A program made the translations under genes and the position numbers. The notes beneath the pieces are model-generated. The model did not search any database. It had not been told where the DNA came from and was given only the letters and a program-made list of their open reading frames with translations. 64,000 nt of DNA, from NCBI GenBank assembly GCA_049840795.1, contig JASGJK010000009.1:48233-112232 (forward strand). The letters run 5' to 3'. The stretch comes from Paludibacteraceae bacterium (GTDB lineage Bacteria > Bacteroidota > Bacteroidia > Bacteroidales > Paludibacteraceae). Shown piece by piece: positions 44,965-55,861 of this stretch; the stretch's first letter is position 1; each line of letters begins with the position of its first letter.

Positions 44965-45345
44965 ATGCCCTTAGTTAAAATAGAACTTGCAAAAGGATTG
45001 GCGAAAGACACGTTGCTGGAATTAAAAAAATCAGTAATGAATTCTGTAGTAGAGGTATTGCAATTGCCTGATAACGACAGAAATATTCGTTTAATGGAAT
45101 ATGAACCGGAATTTTTCTCGATGAAAAATCCGTATGAAATATTGATTGAAATAACCATTTTTAGCGGACGAACAAAAGAAACAAAAAAGAAACTATTTCA
45201 AACAATAGTTCAAAAACTGTCAACAATCCATATTGAAAAAGAAAACGTATTTATTGTTTTGAACGAACAGCCATTGGAAAACTGGGGTGTTAGGGGAGGA
45301 ATTCCTGCTGATGAAATTAAATTAGATGTTGATGTGAAAATTTAG
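44965..45345 (+). CDS. tautomerase-family protein (4-OT superfamily)
   Basis: 126 aa starting MPLVKIEL.. (catalytic Pro-1 after Met removal), with two beta-alpha-beta halves. Confidence 0.7.
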   Translation: MPLVKIELAKGLAKDTLLELKKSVMNSVVEVLQLPDNDRNIRLMEYEPEFFSMKNPYEILIEITIFSGRTKETKKKLFQTIVQKLSTIHIEKENVFIVLNEQPLENWGVRGGIPADEIKLDVDVKI

Positions 45346-45420
45346 AGTTTTCTTAAGCATCAAATGGCAAATAGGCTAAATATGTGAGTAAATACAACTA
45401 CTTATAATTAACTTAAAAAT

Positions 45421-45454
45421 CCCCAGGACTCTCTCCTTTGGAGAGGGTTGGGGC
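45421..45454 (+). repeat. G4/C4 hairpin element (variant)
   Basis: CCCCAGGACTCTCTCCTTTGGAGAGGGTTGGGGC has an inner stem CTCTCC/GGAGAG and an outer CCCC/GGGG. It lies just upstream of the dnaG start. Confidence 0.6.
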
Positions 45455-45459
45455 TAAAT

Positions 45460-47401
45460 ATGATAGACCAGCCAACCATAGACCGTATTCACGAAGCCGC
45501 ACGCATTGAAGAAGTGGTGGGAGATTATGTTACGTTGCGTCGTAGAGGCGTAAATATGATTGGATTGTGTCCTTTTCATGGTGAAAAAACGCCATCGTTT
45601 ACCGTCTCACCTGCCAAAGGAATTTTTAAATGCTTCGGATGCGGAAAAGGAGGAAATTCTGTCCATTTCATTATGGAGCACGAACAGATTTCGTATGTGG
45701 ATGCGCTCAAATATTTGGCAAAAAAGTACCACATCGAAGTCAAAGAGCGCGATTTGTCGCCCGAAGAAATGCAGGCCAACAACGACCGCGAAAGTATGTT
45801 GCTGGTCAACGATTTTGCTCAAAAATACTTTACAAACATACTTCATCACCACGCCGAAGGAAAAGCTGTCGGACTGAGTTATTTCCACGAGCGCGGTTTC
45901 CGTGATGACATCATACAAAAATTCCAACTTGGATATTGTTTGGAAGAGCGGGATGCCTTTACCAAAGAAGCACTGAAATCGGGCTACAATAAAGATTTTC
46001 TTGTAAAAACGGGATTAACCATCGAAGGCGAAAACAATTACACTGCCGACCGTTTTCGCGGACGTGTGATGTTTCCCGTACATTCCTTATCGGGAAAAGT
46101 ACTGGCTTTTGGCGGACGCGTACTCAAAAAAGACGAAAAAACCGCTAAATACGTCAACTCACCCGAAAGTGAAATTTACCACAAAAGCAATGAGCTTTAC
46201 GGCGTATTCTTTGCCAAGCAAGCCATTGTAAAACATGATCGTTGTTACCTTGTGGAAGGTTACACCGATGTTATTTCGATGCATCAAAGCGGTATCGAAA
46301 ACGTAGTGGCTTCATCGGGAACTTCGCTTACGTCGGGTCAAATCCGCCTTATCCATCGTTTTACCGAAAACGTAACGGTGATTTATGACGGTGACTCCGC
46401 GGGGATTAAAGCATCTATTCCGAGGAATTGATATGTTGCTTGAAGAAGGGCTGAATATCAAGGTGTTGCTTCTGCCTGATGGTGACGACCCTGATAGTTT
46501 TGCGCGCAAGCACAACGCTTCGGATTTTATCGAATTTGTAAATCAAAATTCTACCGATTTTATCCGTTTGCAAACCAATCTTCTGCTTGAAGATGCCGGA
46601 AACGATCCCATAAAACGGGCTGGTCTGATACAGGATTTGGTGAAAAGTATTGCCATTATTCCCAATCAAATTATCCGTGCCGAATACGTGAAAGAATGTA
46701 GTTCATTGTTGAGTGTGGCGGAAAATATTCTTACCATGAAATTTCAAAGATAAAAACCAAAGAGTTTGAGAATCGTGTAAACAAAAAACCGGAGGAAGCA
46801 AAAAAAGAAGAACCGGAGGTTAGCGCAGAAAAACAACCTGTGTCAACATTTGCCACTAAATTTGAAAAAGAGGAACAAAACATCATTCGCACACTGATAA
46901 AATTCGGTGCAAATATTTCTTTTAGAAGACGAAAACGGCAATACGTTAAGCGTGGGGCAGTATATTTTTGAAGAATTAGAAAATGATAAATTGGAATTTC
47001 AGAAAGAAATACACCGAAAAGTGATTGATGAATATAAAACCCATTCGGACGATAAAGGTTTCTCGGCAGAAAAATTTTTCCTCAATCATTCCGATTACGA
47101 AATAAGCAAACTCACTGCCGATTTAATTTCAGATAAATATACACTGAGTAAAATCCACTCAAAATTCCACAAGGTTGAAACAGAAATTGATCGTTTGAAC
47201 GAACTGGCTCCGCGTTATGTTTACGAATATAAATTAGCTATGATTTTGCAAAAGCGGAAAGATAAAATGCTCGAAATGAAATCGGCAACTGAAAAATCAG
47301 ACCAAACAGCCGTATTAGAATTAATGAATGAAATAAGGCAGATTGATTTTTTCAAAACAAAACTTTCAGAAGAATTAGACAGAGTACTTAACTTATTGTG
47401 A
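45460..47401 (+). CDS. dnaG: DNA primase, interrupted by three frame changes
   Basis: It has a zinc finger CPFHGEKTPSFTVSPAKGIFKCFGCGKGG and TOPRIM motifs EGYTDVI and YDGDSAG. The reading frame switches at about 46420 (CC), about 46731 (TT) and about 46908. The stitched product reads ..GIKASIRGIDMLLEEG.., ..AENILYHEISKIKTKE.. and ..LIKFGQIFLLEDENG.. Confidence 0.9.
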
Positions 47402-47416
47402 AGTAAAATAAAGACT

Positions 47417-48655
47417 ATGACTTGGCAAAAAAACGCACAAAATGCTTCTCGAAAACTGAATTTAATCGGTGAAGAAAAAATAAAATCGATTTTGCTTCAA
47501 TTGGCTGATGCTATACTTCCTAATGCCGATAAAATTCTATCTGCAAATGCGCAAGATTTAGCCGAAATGGAAGCGTCAAACCCAATGTACGACCGTCTTT
47601 TGCTTACCGAGAGCCGTTTGGAAGGCATTGCCTCCGATATGCGCAACGTTGCCGGGCTGGCTTCGCCTTTGGGAAAAACCTTGAGCGAAACGGTGCGTCC
47701 CAACGGAATGACGCTGAAAAAAATCACCGTTCCATTCGGAATTATCGGAATAATTTATGAAGCCCGCCCCAACGTGAGTTTTGATGTGTTTTCGCTGTGT
47801 TTCAAATCGGGTAACGTGTGCGTTTTGAAAGGCGGAACCGATGCGTATTGTTCTAATTCAGCCATTGTGGAACTCATTCAGGAGGTTTTGGAGAGAAACA
47901 AAATAGATAGAAATGCCGTTCAACTTTTAGGCGCAGGGCGCGAAGCCACAGCAGAATTATTACAAGCTGTAGGCGTGGTGGATATGGTTATTCCGCGTGG
48001 TGGAAAAGGGTTGATTGATTTTGTTCGGAAAAATTCGCAAGTGCCTGTTATTGAGACTGGTGCCGGTGTTTGCCACACTTATTTTGATGAATTTGGTGAT
48101 TTGGAAAAAGGAAAAAACATTGTTTTCAATGCCAAAACACGCCGCGTAAGCGTATGTAACGCGTTGGATTGTTTAATTGTAAACGGAAACAGATTGAGTG
48201 ATTTACCGCAACTCTGTATAAAATTATCAGAAAAAAATGTCATTATTTATGCTGATGAAAAAGCATACGGAAAATTAAACGGAAATTATCCCGAAAATTT
48301 ATTACAACACGCTGATGAACATAGCTTTGGAACAGAATTTTTGGATTATAAATTGGCGGTTAAAACTGTTTTAAATATAGAAGATGCTATCGAGCATATT
48401 GCTAACTTCAGCTCAAAGCACAGCGAATGCATTATTTCAGAAAACAAGGAAAACTCCGAATATTTCACCCGCGCGGTGGATGCCGCCTGTGTTTACACCA
48501 ACGTATCAACCGCATTTACCGATGGAGCGCAATTTGGGCTCGGCGCTGAAATAGGCATCAGCACACAAAAACTGCACGCAAGAGGTCCGATGGCATTGGC
48601 TGAACTTTGCACCTATAAATGGACAATAACCGGTAATGGGCAGGTGAGAGATTAA
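47417..48655 (+). CDS. proA: glutamate-5-semialdehyde dehydrogenase
   Basis: 412 aa. It has [13 protein letters not shown], a catalytic Cys region [10 protein letters not shown], and overall ProA length. Confidence 0.92.
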   Translation: MTWQKNAQNASRKLNLIGEEKIKSILLQLADAILPNADKILSANAQDLAEMEASNPMYDRLLLTESRLEGIASDMRNVAGLASPLGKTLSETVRPNGMTLKKITVPFGIIGIIYEARPNVSFDVFSLCFKSGNVCVLKGGTDAYCSNSAIVELIQEVLERNKIDRNAVQLLGAGREATAELLQAVGVVDMVIPRGGKGLIDFVRKNSQVPVIETGAGVCHTYFDEFGDLEKGKNIVFNAKTRRVSVCNALDCLIVNGNRLSDLPQLCIKLSEKNVIIYADEKAYGKLNGNYPENLLQHADEHSFGTEFLDYKLAVKTVLNIEDAIEHIANFSSKHSECIISENKENSEYFTRAVDAACVYTNVSTAFTDGAQFGLGAEIGISTQKLHARGPMALAELCTYKWTITGNGQVRD

Positions 48656-48684
48656 GAATCAATTAGTGGTTTAACGCTCGTAAT

Positions 48685-49893
48685 CTAAATTAATCCAATC
48701 ATCTTGCTGCGTGCCAGCATACAAGCTCCAACCAATCCTGTTTTGTCTCCCAATTTTGATAGTTTGATAGAAGTGTCCTTATTTACTAAATTAAGTGAAT
48801 ACTTTTTCACGGCACTTCTTAATGGTAAAAATAAGTAATCGCCTGCGGCAGGGACCGTTCCTCCAATTATCACTAATTCTGGATTAAATAGGTTGATAAG
48901 TCCGGCAATATGTTTTCCGAGAGTGTTTCCTACTTCTTCTATGAGCTCAATAGCTAAAATGTCTTCATTCAAAGCTACGTTGATAATATCTTCCAATATA
49001 ATATCTTCGTTTTTTGATATTTTTTTACTTAACGAAGAGGAGTAGCCGTTGTTTATTTTTTCTAAAAATTTGCGATGAATATATGAACCGGAAGCGCCAG
49101 TTTCTAAGCATCCTTTTTTGCCGCAATGGCACATAACCTCGTTGTCAAACGCCGTCATATGTCCAAACTCGCCTGAGAATCCTGATTTTCCGTAATATAA
49201 CTGTCCGTTAACGATGATGCCAATGCCGATTCCCCAACTTACATTTACGAAGATGATATTTTTCTCTCCATTGACATTACCTTTTAAAAACTCTCCGTAA
49301 GCCATCGCGCGCGAATCGTTATCGATAGAAACATTAATTCCGAAACGTTCTTCAAAAATTTCGGTAAGTGGTCTTTCGTCAAAGTAAAAAAAGCTATAAC
49401 TGTGTCCGGATTGTGTGTTTACCCGCCCTGATATATTGATGCCGATACTTAATATCTTTTCGCGCGGAACAATCGCGTTTGTAAGAAAATCATTAATGAT
49501 TTCGGAAAGTTGATCAAAGCTCTCGTGCGTATGGTCCATCCTGAAAGGAATATCCATCTTTGAATCGATAATCTCTCCCTTAAAATTGATAAGTCCTATA
49601 TTAACACGAAACCGTTTGATATCCACGCCTACAAAATAACCGGAGTTTTCATTTAATCCGTAAATATTCGGACGTCTTCCTCCGTTTGTTTCTTGCTTGC
49701 CAAAATCGACAACGAATCCTTCTTCAATCAGCTCGCCTACCAATTTTGTCACGGTGGGAATACTTAGGTTCATTTCTTTTCCTAAGTCTGCCAATGTGTT
49801 TTCGCCATTATTGATATAATAACAAATGATGTCTTTTTTCAAATAGGCACTTTTTGTACCTGAATTGATTTCTTGTATGAAGCGTAGAGACAT
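48685..49893 (-). CDS. ROK-family transcriptional regulator (NagC/NanR-like)
   Basis: 402 aa. It has an N-terminal wHTH (TLADLGKEMNLSIPTVTKLVGELIEEGFV), a ROK sugar-binding body, and the zinc motif CHCGKKGCLE. Confidence 0.85.
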   Translation of the reverse strand: MSLRFIQEINSGTKSAYLKKDIICYYINNGENTLADLGKEMNLSIPTVTKLVGELIEEGFVVDFGKQETNGGRRPNIYGLNENSGYFVGVDIKRFRVNIGLINFKGEIIDSKMDIPFRMDHTHESFDQLSEIINDFLTNAIVPREKILSIGINISGRVNTQSGHSYSFFYFDERPLTEIFEERFGINVSIDNDSRAMAYGEFLKGNVNGEKNIIFVNVSWGIGIGIIVNGQLYYGKSGFSGEFGHMTAFDNEVMCHCGKKGCLETGASGSYIHRKFLEKINNGYSSSLSKKISKNEDIILEDIINVALNEDILAIELIEEVGNTLGKHIAGLINLFNPELVIIGGTVPAAGDYLFLPLRSAVKKYSLNLVNKDTSIKLSKLGDKTGLVGACMLARSKMIGLI

Positions 49894-50302
49894 AATTATA
49901 TATGTTAATTAATTTTGACAAACTTAGATAAAAAAAATCATATAGCAAATTTTTTTGCGAAAAATAATTTTTAATAAAATATCGTTTATGTGTTTGTTTT
50001 TATAAAATGTTTTATTAACTCTTTGTTTGTATGTAAAATTATTGTATATTTGTGGTGGATATTTTAGTGACAATTGCGCTAAATTATATGCGTTTAATAT
50101 TTTACTTAATATGTAGTTTAAATGGCTGTTTTTCAGAATATTGGTTAATAATTCTCTAAAACGAATCACATAGTATTTTCCTTTTATCGTCGTTTTAAAA
50201 TATACAATAAGGGTTGAATTACGTGAGAAAACTGTGAAGTGAACTCAGGTATTTTTGTGTGAAACGCCATAAAAAACTGATTTAATAAACAAAATCTGCA
50301 AG

Positions 50303-51499
50303 ATGAATTTTGAGAAATTAAGAATCCAATACCGAGATGAACTCTTGAAAAACGTTGTTCCTTTTTGGCTCGATAAGTCGCAAGACAAAGAGTTCGGAGG
50401 ATATTTAACGTGTTTGGATAGAGAAGGAAACGTATTTGATACCGACAAATTTGTTTGGTTACAAGGACGGGAAGTATGGATGTTTGCTACACTGTACAAC
50501 AATGTGGAGAAACGTAAAGAATGGCTTGATTGTGCGGTGCAAGGAGGGGAATTTCTTTTAAAGTACGGACACGATGGAAACTATAACTGGTATTTTTCTC
50601 TTGACAGAAAAGGTAATCCATTAGTAGGGGCCTACAATATATTTTCTTACACATTTGCCACAATGGCATTTGCTCAATTAAACATTGCTACCGGAGATGC
50701 CAGATATGCTGATGCTGCCAAACAGACCTTTGATATTGTACTTTCAAAAATTGACAATCCGAAAGGAAAGTGGAATAAAACGTACTCCAATACCCGAAAT
50801 TTGAAGAGCTTATCTCTTTCGATGATTTTATGTAACTTGATTTTGGAAATAGAACCGCTATTAGATAAGGCTTTTATGGAAAATATCATCGACACATACG
50901 TCAATGAAGTTATGAATGTATTTTTAAGACCTGAGTTGGGTGGTATAGTGGTTGAAAATATAGAACAAGATGGTTCTCTTTCCGATAGTTTTGACGGGCG
51001 GCTGGTAAATCCCGGTCATGCTATTGAAACGATGTGGTTTATTATGGATTTAGGAGTACGATTAAAGAGAGATGACTTGATTGAAAGAGCCGTTACTACA
51101 ACATTAAAGATGGTAGAATACGGTTGGGATAAAGAATATGGTGGTATTTTCTACTTTATGGATAGGCTGGGGTATCCTACGCAGCAATTAGAGTGGGATC
51201 AAAAGCTATGGTGGGTGCATCTTGAGACATTGATTTCGCTACTTAAAGGGTATCAGTTGACCGGTTCAAACGAGTGCTTGGCTTGGTTTGAAAAAGTTCA
51301 TAATTATACGTGGGAACATTTCAAAGATAAGGAATATCCTGAATGGTTTGGTTACCTGAATAGGCGTGGCGAGGTGCTACTGTCTTTAAAAGGAGGTAAA
51401 TGGAAAGGCTGTTTTCATTTGCCGCGTGGTATGTATCAATGTTGGAAAGTATTGGAGAAAATTGAAAAAGCGGAAAAAAAGATTAAAGTCAGCGTTTAA
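50303..51499 (+). CDS. N-acylglucosamine 2-epimerase (AGE/renin-binding protein family)
   Basis: 398 aa with (alpha/alpha)6 barrel family motifs (VPFWLDKSQDKEFGGY.., NPGHAIETMWF, GGIFYFMD). It is divergent from the ROK regulator. A strong terminator follows at 51545-51580. Confidence 0.85.
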   Translation: MNFEKLRIQYRDELLKNVVPFWLDKSQDKEFGGYLTCLDREGNVFDTDKFVWLQGREVWMFATLYNNVEKRKEWLDCAVQGGEFLLKYGHDGNYNWYFSLDRKGNPLVGAYNIFSYTFATMAFAQLNIATGDARYADAAKQTFDIVLSKIDNPKGKWNKTYSNTRNLKSLSLSMILCNLILEIEPLLDKAFMENIIDTYVNEVMNVFLRPELGGIVVENIEQDGSLSDSFDGRLVNPGHAIETMWFIMDLGVRLKRDDLIERAVTTTLKMVEYGWDKEYGGIFYFMDRLGYPTQQLEWDQKLWWVHLETLISLLKGYQLTGSNECLAWFEKVHNYTWEHFKDKEYPEWFGYLNRRGEVLLSLKGGKWKGCFHLPRGMYQCWKVLEKIEKAEKKIKVSV

Positions 51500-51544
51500 A
51501 TAGTCTTTTTCTCTGCTGTTGAGCCAAGCAATATGTTGTTTAGA

Positions 51545-51580
51545 AAATCCCCTTTACTTTTTCGGGTAAAGGGGATTTTT
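51545..51580 (+). terminator. intrinsic terminator after the epimerase gene
   Basis: A perfect 13-bp stem AAATCCCCTTTAC / GTAAAGGGGATTT is followed by a T-run. Confidence 0.8.
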
Positions 51581-52180
51581 ACTTTAACAAAAGTGCTCTG
51601 TCCAACTGAACACAAGTTAAATTTACAACAATACCAAGTATAAAATTATAAAGAACGATAAATACAGTTTCTTACTTCAGATTTTGACGTGTTTTGAAGA
51701 TAATATCTGCCCCGCCAAAAACGGCACTCAAGATTGGGAAAAGTCTATAATATCAGTGTGCAATATCCGGTAGAGTAATGAGAGTCTGTGTATTTTTCTT
51801 TTCTGAAAAGTACGAGCCCGTATGTATTGTTGTACCAAGTGCGTAATTGTGATGTTAGCGTTGTTCTGTTGATGTTGTTTATGGTCGTGAAAGCGCTGTC
51901 AACCAAATCTGACTCGCAAATTGTACCACTTTTGATAATGTTGCATCGTGTTTTATCTCTTGTGGTTGATTTTGTAATTCGGAGGAGCGAAGTTCAAGTG
52001 ATACGCTTTTTTATTTTTCGGAATAAAAATAATCGAACGCCTTGGATAAAGCTTCGGGATAGTGATTTGCCTTGTGGCAAGAAGTTGCGGTGAAAAATAC
52101 AAATAAAACCAGCAGATGTGCAACGGAACACATATGGAAGTTTCATTGTCAGTGAAAACAAAGATAAATTAAAAATTTCA

Positions 52181-52188
52181 TACCTTTG
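52181..52188 (+). promoter_or_regulatory. Bacteroidetes -7 promoter box
   Basis: TAccTTTG lies upstream of xerD. Confidence 0.5.
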
Positions 52189-52247
52189 CAAGAAAAAATC
52201 AGAACAATTTTTGCAAACAACATTCTAACGTAACTTTTTAATTGTCT

Positions 52248-53144
52248 ATGCTTTCACTCTCCGATGAATATCATTTGTATCTAAAGATGGAAAAAGCGCT
52301 TTCGGAAAATACCGTCGTTGGGTATGAAAGTGATTTGCGAAAATTAGAAAACTACTTGCACGATGCTCATATCCTACTCGAAGAAGCAAGCAAAGAACAT
52401 TTACGAGATTTTATTATAGAAATTGCCGAATTAGGAATTAACGAACGCTCACAGGCAAGACTGATTTCAAGCATCAAATCATTTTACAAATTTCTGATAT
52501 ACAAAGATAAAATAAGTATTGATCCGACTGAATTGCTGGAAAGCCCCAAAATAGGATTGCGATTGCCCGAAGTACTGACCATTGATGAAATTGACAGTAT
52601 CATAGCCTTTATCGATAATTCAAAACCGGATGGACATCGCAATAGAGCCATTATCGAAGTACTTTACGGATCGGGATTGCGGGTTTCGGAATTAATCCAT
52701 CTTAAAATTTCAAATATCTATTTTGACGAAGGCTATATGCTCATTGAGGGAAAAGGGAATAAACAACGGTTAGTGCCTGTTTCTGATGAATCGGAAAAGC
52801 AGATAAAGCTATGGAATATACAACGTAGCCGAATGAAAATAGTGAAAGGGAATGAAGATTATCTGTTTTTGAATCAGCGAGGAAGGCGACTATCAAGAAT
52901 GGCAATTTTTAATATCACAAAATCGTTAGCTGTCACGGCAGGTGTTAAGAAAAATATCAGTCCACACACTTTCAGACATTCGTTTGCCACACATTTACTT
53001 GAAAACGGAGCAAACTTGCGCGTCATACAGCAGTTGCTTGGTCATGAATCAATCACAACTACTGAACTTTATACACATATTGATGTTCAATACCTACGCA
53101 AGACCATTTTGGAATGTCATCCGATGAATCGGAACAAGAAATAA
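52248..53144 (+). CDS. xerD: site-specific tyrosine recombinase XerD
   Basis: The catalytic region is HTFRHSFATHLLENGANLRVIQQLLGHESITTTELYTH. The N-terminal SAM-like domain reads YLKMEKALSENTVVGYESDL. The ATG at 52248 is preferred over the TTG at 52242. Confidence 0.9.
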   Translation: MLSLSDEYHLYLKMEKALSENTVVGYESDLRKLENYLHDAHILLEEASKEHLRDFIIEIAELGINERSQARLISSIKSFYKFLIYKDKISIDPTELLESPKIGLRLPEVLTIDEIDSIIAFIDNSKPDGHRNRAIIEVLYGSGLRVSELIHLKISNIYFDEGYMLIEGKGNKQRLVPVSDESEKQIKLWNIQRSRMKIVKGNEDYLFLNQRGRRLSRMAIFNITKSLAVTAGVKKNISPHTFRHSFATHLLENGANLRVIQQLLGHESITTTELYTHIDVQYLRKTILECHPMNRNKK

Positions 53145-53191
53145 CCTCTACCTTTTAACGAGGAAATATCAGAAAATATTGAATGTAATTT

Positions 53192-55611
53192 ATGACTATA
53201 TATATCATCAGAATTATAAGAATAACATTGAAAGAATTTAAATACTTTCTGCCGAAATATAGAGTAGGACAAACCCCAAAAACCGGAATTGTTTTTTTGC
53301 TCTTATTCTTATTCCTTTTTAATAATGTAAAAGGTCAGATTCCCACACAAGAAACCATTGTGGTCGGGCAGGTGGTAGATAAGTTTGACAAAACTCCACT
53401 TTCTTCCGTCGATGTTTATTTTAAAAATTCAACAATTTCTGTGCATACAAACGAAGAGGGCTATTTTCTGATACGTAATTCGGGCAAAGAGAGTACGTTG
53501 GTTTTTTCCTTGTTAGGATATCTCAAAGAAGAAATTAAGGTAAAACCGGGGAATAACGTTGGGGTACAGATTGAGTTAGAAGAGAAAGAGGTTTACCTGA
53601 CAGACGTGTTTGTATATCCCGGAGCAAACCCTGCCGACGACCTGATGAAGAGAGTCAGAGCCAAACGCAGACAAAACAATGGAGGCATACAAACAAACAG
53701 CACAGAACAAAGCGCTGTATTTATGAGCCGTGACAATATACGGTGGAACTCAGCCTTTTTAAAGCAATTCAAATCCGGTAATCTCTCTGCAAATGATTCT
53801 TTAGCGTTGATACCGATGTATATGGAACAATCCGAATATTTCCTGAGTAGTAAAGAAAAAAAACAAACGGCTAAAAACACATACAATACTTCTCAAACAG
53901 TCTCAAGTGCCGTTGACCGCTTACTCAAAGGGATGGATGAGAAGATAAACTTTTATGAAAACTCAGTCCCGTTATTCGGCAAAAGCATTATCAGTCCATT
54001 AGCAAGTATCAGTCCTTCTTATTATAATTATTATTTGAAAGATAGTACTGTTTGTGATAAAGGAAAACAATATGAAATAAAATTTTGGAGTAAAAACACT
54101 AAAAACTTAGTATTTAACGGCACAATGTTTATTGATTCGGCATCTATGGCTTTGGTAAAAATAAATGCCGAACTACCCAAGCAAGTGAATCTGAATTTTA
54201 TTCGAAATTTTACCGTCGATCAGGAGTTTGTACCTTCCTCAAATCGCTGGCTACAAAAGTCGGAACGTTCGTATTGGGAGTTAGCATACGAAATCATTGC
54301 CGATTCTTTGAATAAAAAAACGCAACTATTGATATACCGGAATGTGGTTTTTGCAAATGATAGTGTGATTAACCTCAATCAAACAACATTTGCAGGATCT
54401 GAGTATTCTGAGCAGGAAATACGACAAAGGATAGAACTTATTAACGAGACTCCGTTATTTAAGTTTGCCAAATTTATTGCCGATATGGCTTTAACCGGAT
54501 ATGTGAAAGTCTGGAAGTTTGATATTGGAAATATTATTAGTGTTGCACGGTTGACCGAGCAGGAGGGACTTCGCATAAGTTTGCCGTTTCGCACAAACGA
54601 AGCGATGTGGAAAAATCTAATGCTTGGAGCTACGCTTGGTTACGGATTTGGCGACAAAGAGTGGAAATATGGAGGAGAAATACAATGGAAACTCCCTTTG
54701 CATAAGCGAACAATTATGGGAGCAAATTATCTGAACGATTATCGGTGGACAAGTTACGATAGAAATGATTTCTTGGCAAGAGAGAACCCATTGATTTCAT
54801 CGGACGAAAATATAAGTTCTACCATTTTGTCGTTTAAAAAGGGGTAAATAACAGTAAAAGAGAGAATTATTCGCTATTCGTACAAAACGATTGGAACGAT
54901 GATATTGAATCTTTTTATGCTTTTGGCGAAGAGCATTTTATAGGAAATAATAGGCTACCATTAGTGCTGGGTGAACAACAATTTACCGAATTACGAACAC
55001 GGTATTTTACCTTTTCAAGCCGTTTCTCCTTTAATGAGCGGGTTATTAATGAGCACTTTCAGCGCATATATTTATACAATAACAAGCCTGTGATTTATGG
55101 AATTGCCGAACTTGGACATTTTTCTCTGAAAGATAAGAACGGATATTACGGCAATTTTGCAATCAATGCGTATCAGCAAGGGAGATTTACGCTTGGCGAG
55201 TGGAAATGCTATGCCGAAGCAGGAAAAATTGTCGGAAATGTGCCATATCCATTATTGAAGTTTTTCAATACAAAAGGAAATGGCGGTTATGCTATGTATC
55301 GTTTCTCACTGATGAATTTTTATGAATATCCGATGGATATGTATACGGCATTTCATAGCGAGATCATTACTAATGGATTTATATTTAATAATATACCTCT
55401 TGTTGAACATCTGAATTTGCGTGAGATAGCTTCGTTTAAAGTCGCTTACGGAACAGCTACTAACGCCCACACACGTTTGCTTGATTATCCAACGAACAGT
55501 ACGCCTATGAAATATCCGTATTCTGAGGTTAGTGTCGGATTTACTAACTTATTCAGATTTGCAACGGTACAGTCGATATGGAGACTAACCGATTTAAAAG
55601 AAAAAATGTAA
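53192..55611 (+). CDS. DUF5686-type protein with N-terminal carboxypeptidase-regulatory-like domain, split by one frameshift
   Basis: The 551-aa ORF has a CarboxypepD_reg-like N-terminus (VGQVVDKFDKTPLSSVDVYF..TNEEGYFLI). The 215-aa ORF lies in a frame that is open from 54841. Adding one base at the A5G4 run 54836-54844 joins ..ILSFKKGVNNSKRENYSLFVQ.. Confidence 0.7.
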
Positions 55612-55668
55612 AACCATGGGGAGTTACATTTTATTTTAGGATAAGTTTTTAATTCATCTCTTCTAATT

Positions 55669-55806
55669 TTACTGTTTATTTGTATCACAAGAAGAGCAAC
55701 CGCCACATTTTGAATCGGTAGATTTTTTGGTGAATATCTTGTATAGTTGATAGCATAAATATCCAAAAGCAATCACTCCGACGACGATAATTATAATTTG
55801 TTGCAT
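55669..55806 (-). CDS. FeoB-associated Cys-rich membrane protein
   Basis: Hand-translated 45 aa: MQQIIIIVVGVIAFGYLCYQLYKIFTKKSTDSKCGGCSSCDTNKQ. It has one TM helix plus a CGGCSSC tail and lies 55 nt downstream of feoB. It is not in the ORF track. Confidence 0.8.
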   Translation of the reverse strand: MQQIIIIVVGVIAFGYLCYQLYKIFTKKSTDSKCGGCSSCDTNKQ

Positions 55807-55861
55807 TGTATTATTGAATCGTTATTTCAAAAAAATATAACAAGATACCCTTGTTGTTTGT

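Noticed and set aside
49894-50302. Hidden gene or RNA in the 409-bp divergent spacer between the ROK regulator and the epimerase gene.
   Set aside because: The spacer is very AT-rich with only low-complexity ORFs. That is consistent with two divergent promoters plus operator sites for the ROK regulator. Nothing specific could be supported.
51788-52191. ORFs 51788..52093 (plus strand) and 51994..52191 (minus strand) as genes filling the gap before xerD.
   Set aside because: They overlap each other and start at non-ATG or poorly placed codons. They have Cys/Phe/Leu-rich nonsense-like composition and no family resemblance. The gap itself is reported as a finding.
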